From the NCBI RefSeq assembly GCF_055900595.2, contig NZ_CM148325.1: a DNA stretch of 64,000 nt, one strand, 5' to 3'. A model generated the notes under the pieces. The model made no database searches, was not told where the DNA came from, and saw nothing but the letters and a program-made list of their open reading frames with translations. Shown here piece by piece: positions 57,154 through 64,000 of the stretch (positions are counted from its first letter, which is position 1; each line of letters begins with the position of its first letter). The translations under genes were made by a program, and so were the position numbers.

Positions 57154-58134
57154 TTACTCTTCCAGCGAATAGGGCAGCGGCTCGATATGCAATGTATTCG
57201 CATCGTCGCGTACGCGGAAGATGCTGTCCGGTTCCATATCGTTATTCATGACGACCTGTACCACTACCTGGCCATCTTCCAGTTTTACCGCAGCCAGCAC
57301 CGTACCGGTACGACGCCAGTTCTCGCCCATTTTCAGCTCTAAATCTTCACCTGCTTCCGGCAGTCGACTGGCGCTACCTGCCAGCAGCCAGAGGGCACGT
57401 TTGTTGGCACCGCGGAATTTAGCTCGTGCCACCATCTCTTGTCCGGTATAGCAGCCTTTTTTAAAGCTGATGCCGCCCAGCGCCTGGAGGTTGGTCGCCT
57501 GTGGGATAAACTGCCCGCTGTTGGCGGCATCAATCACCGGAAAACCCGCTTCAATGTTTAATGCCAGCCACTGTTGGCTATTGTTCAGTTCCGCTTCACC
57601 GCGCAGTTTATCGGTCAGCGTATTGGCGGTAGCTTCATCGGTTACGATCAGGAAACGTTCTGCTGGGTGTTCAAACCATAGCAGGGTAGTCGCACCTTCT
57701 CTGATAACCTGCTTTTCCTTCGAAGGTAATTCACTAAAGAGGTTAGCCAGCGCAGCGCGTGCCTGAAAACCGGCAACACCAAGCAGCACACGTTCATCGT
57801 CTGGCGCGATGGTCACTTTAGAGAACACCGCATATTTTTTCAGTTCAGTCAGTTGCGACTCGCGCACGCTGCGCCGTTCAATCCACGCAAAGCCATCGCC
57901 GTCGCGGAACAGACGTAAATTGCTCCACATTTTACCTTTGGCGTCGCAATGGGCGGCGAGCAGGTGCTGATCTTCTGTCATCTGGCTGACATCTGCTGTC
58001 ACCTGACCCTGCATATATTTTTCGCTGTCCGTGCCAGTAATGGTGGCAAGCGCCCAGTCATCAAGCGTCATCAGCGTCAGCGGTAAACGGGCAGAAGCCG
58101 TAGGCTGACGGGGAGGAAAAGGTGTAAAAGCCAT
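57154..58134 (-). CDS. ygfZ: folate-binding tRNA-modification protein YgfZ (326 aa)
   Basis: Track ORF trimmed 22 codons to [27 protein letters not shown]... Confidence 0.9.
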   Translation of the reverse strand: MAFTPFPPRQPTASARLPLTLMTLDDWALATITGTDSEKYMQGQVTADVSQMTEDQHLLAAHCDAKGKMWSNLRLFRDGDGFAWIERRSVRESQLTELKKYAVFSKVTIAPDDERVLLGVAGFQARAALANLFSELPSKEKQVIREGATTLLWFEHPAERFLIVTDEATANTLTDKLRGEAELNNSQQWLALNIEAGFPVIDAANSGQFIPQATNLQALGGISFKKGCYTGQEMVARAKFRGANKRALWLLAGSASRLPEAGEDLELKMGENWRRTGTVLAAVKLEDGQVVVQVVMNNDMEPDSIFRVRDDANTLHIEPLPYSLEE

Positions 58135-58373
58135 AATGGAGTCCTGTTTTACAAACGGCGTATTTATGACTAATGGTAAAAGAGCTATGAGGCAATGCAA
58201 GTGCTTTCACTACGCGATCTGTGCCTTCTGATATGCTTTGCGAGGCGACTTCCAAAAAAATGAAGCCCTTGAAATATTGTGGGTTAATTTCGCGATCGCG
58301 ATTGTGTTTACTGATATTCCCGCAAAAGAAGTCGAAAAACACGTTACAATAGCCTGGTACTGGATTTTCGTGA

Positions 58374-59040
<667 letters not shown>

Positions 59041-59079
59041 AGATGACGGCAAAGGCTGTGTGCTAAGCCGTCAGTGACA

Positions 59080-59601
59080 TCAGGCGTAATGCTCTGCCAT
59101 TTCGTTGAGGATTTGCTCGCACCAGCTCTGAATACGCTCGTCGCTAAGGTCATACTGGTTAGTTTCGTCCAGTGCCAGACCCACGAACAGTTGCCCGTCA
59201 GCAATCACCGGTTTCGGGCTGGTAAACTCATATCCTTCCGTTGGCCAGTAGCCGACGAACTTCACGCCTTTGGTCGAGAGTTTGTCATGCAGCATGCCGA
59301 GCGCATCGAGGAACCACTCGCCATACCCCAGTTGATCGCCAAGCCCATACAGCGCAACAATTTTACCTTCGAGATTCAGGTCGTCGAGCTGATCCCAGAC
59401 GGCTTCCCAGTCTTCCTGGATTTCGCCAAAATCCCAGGTCGGGATACCCAGAATGAGCACATCGTACTGCTCCATTAATTTCGGGGAGTCGTCCTTGAGG
59501 TTATGTAAGGTCACCAGTTCTGGGCCGATAATATCGCGGATTTTTTCTGCCGCCATTTCGGTATAACAGGTGCTGGAACCATAAAAAAGACCCATATTCA
59601 T
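59080..59601 (-). CDS. fldB: flavodoxin 2 (173 aa)
   Basis: [38 protein letters not shown]... flavodoxin fold signature. Confidence 0.92.
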
Positions 59602-59712
59602 AACGTAAGCTTCTCGATTCTGCTGTGGCTTTTGCGGCTAGTGTATCAGAATCGCTTTAGTCACGGCACAATAAGGCATAATGGATCAAATGAGTGACCA
59701 TAAGGGGCGCAA

Positions 59713-60609
59713 GTGAAACAGGATCTGGCACGCATCGAGCAGTTTCTTGATGCTCTGTGGCTGGAAAAAAATCTGGCTGAAAATACGTTGAACGCATACC
59801 GTCGCGATCTGTCAATGATGGTGGAGTGGTTGCATCACCGCGGGTTGACGCTGGCGACGGCGCAAAGTGACGATTTGCAGGCATTACTGGCAGAACGGCT
59901 GGAGGGTGGGTATAAAGCCACCAGCTCAGCGCGTTTGCTGAGTGCAGTGCGCCGATTGTTCCAGTATCTTTATCGCGAAAAGTTTCGTGAAGACGATCCC
60001 AGCGCGCATCTCGCTTCGCCGAAATTGCCCCAGCGTTTGCCAAAAGATTTAAGCGAAGCGCAGGTCGAACGATTATTACAGGCACCATTAATTGATCAGC
60101 CACTGGAGCTGCGCGATAAAGCCATGCTTGAAGTGTTGTATGCTACCGGGCTGCGAGTCTCTGAACTGGTCGGGCTGACAATGAGTGATATCAGCCTGCG
60201 TCAGGGCGTAGTGCGGGTCATTGGTAAAGGCAACAAAGAACGCCTTGTGCCGTTAGGTGAAGAGGCGGTTTACTGGCTGGAAACTTATCTGGAACACGGG
60301 CGACCGTGGTTGCTAAACGGTGTGTCAATTGACGTGTTGTTTCCCAGCCAGCGCGCGCAGCAGATGACGAGACAAACCTTCTGGCACCGCATTAAACATT
60401 ATGCTGTGCTGGCGGGGATCGACAGCGAAAAGTTGTCACCGCATGTGTTGCGTCACGCCTTTGCCACTCATTTATTAAATCATGGTGCGGATTTACGCGT
60501 GGTTCAGATGCTACTGGGCCACAGCGATCTCTCTACCACGCAAATTTATACGCATGTCGCTACCGAGCGTCTGCGGCAACTTCATCAACAGCATCACCCG
60601 CGGGCGTGA
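59713..60609 (+). CDS. xerD: site-specific tyrosine recombinase XerD (298 aa)
   Basis: GTG start; catalytic region HVLRHAFATHLLNHGADLRVVQMLLGHSDLSTTQIYTH. Confidence 0.96.
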   Translation: MKQDLARIEQFLDALWLEKNLAENTLNAYRRDLSMMVEWLHHRGLTLATAQSDDLQALLAERLEGGYKATSSARLLSAVRRLFQYLYREKFREDDPSAHLASPKLPQRLPKDLSEAQVERLLQAPLIDQPLELRDKAMLEVLYATGLRVSELVGLTMSDISLRQGVVRVIGKGNKERLVPLGEEAVYWLETYLEHGRPWLLNGVSIDVLFPSQRAQQMTRQTFWHRIKHYAVLAGIDSEKLSPHVLRHAFATHLLNHGADLRVVQMLLGHSDLSTTQIYTHVATERLRQLHQQHHPRA

Positions 60610-60633
60610 TGTCTGAAAAGAACGGGAAGATTT

Positions 60634-61344
60634 ATGAAGAAAGGTTTTATGTTATTTACGTTGTTGGCGGCGTTTTCAGGCTTTGCTCAGGCGGATGACG
60701 CGGCAATTCAACAAACGTTAGCCAAAATGGGCATCAAAAGCAGTGATATTCAGCCTGCGCCCGTGGCTGGTATGAAGACAGTTCTGACTAACAGCGGTGT
60801 GTTGTACATCACTGATGATGGTAAACATATCATTCAGGGACCAATGTATGACGTTAGCGGAACGACTCCGGTCAATGTCACTAATAAGATGTTGTTAAAG
60901 CAGCTGAACGCGCTTGAAAACGAGATGATCGTTTATAAAGCGCCGCAGGAAAAACACGTCATTACCGTGTTTACTGATATTACCTGTGGTTACTGCCACA
61001 AACTGCATGAGCAAATGGCAGACTACAACGCGCTGGGGATCACCGTGCGTTATCTTGCTTTCCCGCGCCAGGGGCTGGAGAGCCAGGCTGAGCAACAAAT
61101 GAAAGCCATCTGGTGTGCGAAAGATAAAAAGAAAGCATTTGATGATGTGATGGCGGGTAAAGCTGCCACTCCGGCAAGTTGCGATATCGATATTGCCGAT
61201 CATTACGCACTTGGCGTCCAGCTTGGCGTTAGTGGCACTCCGGCAATTGTGCTGAGCAATGGCACACTTGTTCCGGGTTACCAGCCGCCGAAAGAGATGA
61301 AAGAATTCCTCGACGAACACCAAAAAATGACCAGCGGTAAATAA
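60634..61344 (+). CDS. dsbC: periplasmic disulfide isomerase DsbC (236 aa)
   Basis: Signal peptide; active site CGYC. Confidence 0.96.
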   Translation: MKKGFMLFTLLAAFSGFAQADDAAIQQTLAKMGIKSSDIQPAPVAGMKTVLTNSGVLYITDDGKHIIQGPMYDVSGTTPVNVTNKMLLKQLNALENEMIVYKAPQEKHVITVFTDITCGYCHKLHEQMADYNALGITVRYLAFPRQGLESQAEQQMKAIWCAKDKKKAFDDVMAGKAATPASCDIDIADHYALGVQLGVSGTPAIVLSNGTLVPGYQPPKEMKEFLDEHQKMTSGK

Positions 61345-61349
61345 TTCGC

Positions 61350-63083
61350 GTGAAACAACAGATACAACTTCGTCGCCGTGAAGTCGATGAAACGGCAGAC
61401 TTGCCCGCTGAATTGCCTCCCTTGCTGCGCCGTTTATATGCCAGCCGGGGAGTACGCAGTGCGCAAGAACTGGAACGTAGTGTAAAAGGTATGCTGCCCT
61501 GGCAGCAACTGAGCGGCGTCGAAAAGGCCGTTGAGATCCTTTACAACGCTTTTCGCGAAGGAACGCGGATTATGGTGGTCGGTGACTTCGACGCCGACGG
61601 TGCCACCAGCACGGCTCTAAGCGTGCTGGCGATGCGCTCGCTTGGTTGCAGCAATATCGACTACCTGGTACCAAACCGGTTCGAAGACGGTTACGGCTTA
61701 AGCCCGGAAGTGGTTGATCAGGCCCATGCCCGTGGCGCGCAGTTAATTGTCACGGTGGATAACGGTATTTCCTCCCATGCGGGGGTTGAACACGCTCGCT
61801 CGTTGGGCATTCCGGTTATTGTTACCGATCACCATTTGCCGGGCGAAACATTACCCGCGGCGGAAGCGATCATTAACCCTAACTTGCGCGACTGCAATTT
61901 CCCGTCGAAATCACTGGCAGGCGTGGGGGTGGCGTTTTATTTAATGCTGGCGCTGCGCACCTTTTTGCGTGATCAGGGCTGGTTTGATGAGCGTGGTATC
62001 GCAATTCCTAACCTGGCAGAACTGCTGGATCTGGTCGCATTGGGGACAGTGGCAGACGTCGTGCCGCTGGATGCTAATAATCGCATTCTGACCTGGCAGG
62101 GGATGAGTCGCATCCGTGCCGGAAAGTGCCGTCCAGGGATTAAAGCGCTGCTGGAAGTGGCCAACCGCGATGCGCAAAAACTCGCCGCCAGCGATTTAGG
62201 TTTTGCGCTGGGGCCACGTCTCAATGCTGCCGGGCGACTGGATGATATGTCCGTTGGTGTGGCGCTGTTGCTGTGCGACAACATCGGCGAAGCGCGCGTA
62301 CTGGCAAATGAACTCGATGCGCTAAACCAGACGCGAAAAGAGATCGAACAGGGAATGCAGGTTGAAGCCCTGACCCTGTGCGAGAAACTGGAGCGCAGCC
62401 GCGAGACACTACCCGGCGGGCTGGCAATGTATCACCCGGAATGGCATCAGGGCGTGGTTGGTATTCTGGCTTCGCGTATTAAAGAGCGTTTTCACCGTCC
62501 GGTTATCGCTTTTGCGCCTGCGGGTGACGGTACGCTGAAAGGTTCCGGTCGCTCCATTCAGGGGCTGCATATGCGTGATGCGCTGGAGCGGCTAGACACA
62601 CTCTACCCCGGCATGATGCTGAAATTTGGCGGTCATGCGATGGCGGCAGGCCTGTCGCTGGAAGAGGATAAATTCGAACTCTTTCAGCAACGGTTTGGCG
62701 AACTGGTTACTGAGTGGCTGGACCCTTCGCTATTGCAAGGCGAAGTGGTGTCAGACGGTCCGCTAAGCCCAGCCGAAATGACCATGGAAGTGGCGCAGCT
62801 GCTGCGCGATGCTGGCCCGTGGGGGCAGATGTTCCCGGAGCCGCTGTTTGACGGTCATTTCCGTCTGCTGCAACAGCGACTGGTGGGTGAACGTCATTTG
62901 AAAGTCATGGTCGAACCGGTCGGCGGCGGTCCGCTGCTGGACGGTATTGCTTTTAATGTCGATACCGCCCTCTGGCCGGATAATGGCGTGCGCGAAGTGC
63001 AACTGGCTTACAAGCTGGATATCAACGAGTTTCGTGGCAACCGCAGCCTGCAAATTATCATCGACAATATCTGGCCAATTTAG
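61350..63083 (+). CDS. recJ: ssDNA 5'-3' exonuclease RecJ (577 aa)
   Basis: GTG start at 61350; DHH motifs (VVGDFDADGATS, VTDHH). Confidence 0.96.
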   Translation: MKQQIQLRRREVDETADLPAELPPLLRRLYASRGVRSAQELERSVKGMLPWQQLSGVEKAVEILYNAFREGTRIMVVGDFDADGATSTALSVLAMRSLGCSNIDYLVPNRFEDGYGLSPEVVDQAHARGAQLIVTVDNGISSHAGVEHARSLGIPVIVTDHHLPGETLPAAEAIINPNLRDCNFPSKSLAGVGVAFYLMLALRTFLRDQGWFDERGIAIPNLAELLDLVALGTVADVVPLDANNRILTWQGMSRIRAGKCRPGIKALLEVANRDAQKLAASDLGFALGPRLNAAGRLDDMSVGVALLLCDNIGEARVLANELDALNQTRKEIEQGMQVEALTLCEKLERSRETLPGGLAMYHPEWHQGVVGILASRIKERFHRPVIAFAPAGDGTLKGSGRSIQGLHMRDALERLDTLYPGMMLKFGGHAMAAGLSLEEDKFELFQQRFGELVTEWLDPSLLQGEVVSDGPLSPAEMTMEVAQLLRDAGPWGQMFPEPLFDGHFRLLQQRLVGERHLKVMVEPVGGGPLLDGIAFNVDTALWPDNGVREVQLAYKLDINEFRGNRSLQIIIDNIWPI

Positions 63084-63173
63084 CGTCATATTATCTATAA
63101 AAAAGAGCGTGGATTCGGTACAATCCCGCTCTTATCACCGCATTTTGACTAGCTCAATAAAAGAAATCAGACC

Positions 63174-64000
63174 ATGTTTGAAATTAATCCGGTAAATAAT
63201 CGCATTCAGGACCTCACGGAACGCTCCGACGTTCTTAGGGGGTATCTTTGACTACGACGCCAAGAAAGAGCGTCTGGAAGAAGTAAACGCCGAGCTGGAA
63301 CAGCCGGATGTCTGGAACGAACCCGAACGCGCACAGGCGCTGGGTAAAGAGCGTTCCTCCCTCGAAGCCGTTGTCGACACCCTCGACCAAATGAAACAGG
63401 GGCTGGAAGATGTTTCTGGTCTGCTGGAGCTGGCTGTAGAAGCTGACGACGAAGAAACCTTTAACGAAGCCGTTACTGAACTCGACGCCCTGGAAGAAAA
63501 ACTGGCGCAGCTTGAGTTCCGTCGTATGTTCTCTGGCGAATATGATAGCGCCGACTGCTACCTCGATATTCAGGCAGGTTCTGGCGGTACGGAAGCACAG
63601 GACTGGGCGAGCATGCTTGAGCGTATGTATCTGCGCTGGGCTGAATCGCGTGGTTTCAAAACTGAAATCATCGAAGAGTCGGAAGGTGAAGTGGCGGGTA
63701 TTAAATCCGTGACTATCAAAATCTCCGGCGATTACGCTTACGGCTGGCTGCGTACTGAAACCGGCGTTCACCGCCTGGTGCGCAAGAGCCCGTTTGACTC
63801 CGGCGGTCGTCGCCACACGTCGTTCAGCTCCGCGTTTGTTTACCCGGAAGTCGATGATGATATCGATATCGAAATCAATCCGGCGGATCTGCGCATCGAC
63901 GTTTATCGCGCATCCGGCGCGGGTGGTCAGCACGTTAACCGTACCGAATCTGCGGTGCGTATTACTCACATCCCAACCGGGATTGTGACCCAATGCCAGA
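63174..64000 (+). CDS. prfB: peptide chain release factor 2, partial (runs off window end); needs +1 frameshift after codon 25
   Basis: ATG at 63174, 25 codons ([25 protein letters not shown]), in-frame TGA at 63249-63251, then +1 frame from 63250 ([12 protein letters not shown]...) with SPF and GGQ motifs. Absent from ORF track because there is no in-window stop in the second frame. Confidence 0.92.
63237..63252 (+). other. prfB programmed +1 frameshift site
   Basis: agggggtatctttgac: internal Shine-Dalgarno-like aggggg, slippery CUU, then UGA C. Confidence 0.88.

Noticed and set aside
63235-63993. 252-aa minus-strand ORF at the window end
   Set aside because: Antisense to prfB, whose frameshifted reading frame explains the region.

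Overview
This window reads as Escherichia coli-type chromosomal core, syntenic (in inverted orientation) with the K-12 yggT-to-prfB segment: yggT', yggS, yggR, ruvX, yqgE, gshB, rsmE, endA, sprT, galP, metK, yqgB, speA, speB, loiP, tktA, cmtBA-yggPFDC, epd-pgk-fbaA, mscS, argO, yggE, ygfI, scpC-scpB-argK-scpA, argP, rpiA, serA, ygfA-ssrS-zapA, ygfB-pepP-ubiH-ubiI, gcvTHP, ygfF, bglA, yqfB, yqfA, ygfZ, sdhE-ygfX, fldB, xerD-dsbC-recJ-prfB'. Gene identities rest on my recollection of the E. coli proteins plus motifs visible in the translations; no database search was run. Against that backbone I see four departures from the K-12 arrangement as I remember it: an intact IS1 with a perfect 9-bp target-site duplication downstream of speA, a lipoprotein gene between speA and speB, an SPFH/band-7 gene between tktA and cmtB, and an IS200-like element downstream of serA next to the ibsC/sibC locus. 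Other features are two ERIC copies in inverted orientation, several REP/BIME clusters (two bracketed by duplicated terminator hairpins), 6S RNA, and the prfB +1 frameshift site. I found no CRISPR array, tRNA, rRNA, prophage or multi-gene defence island. The most promising leads for something new are the two single-gene accessory insertions, and neither amounts to a demonstrable multi-component system from sequence alone. ORF-track starts were trimmed to the start codon that matches the known protein N-terminus wherever the track had extended them.
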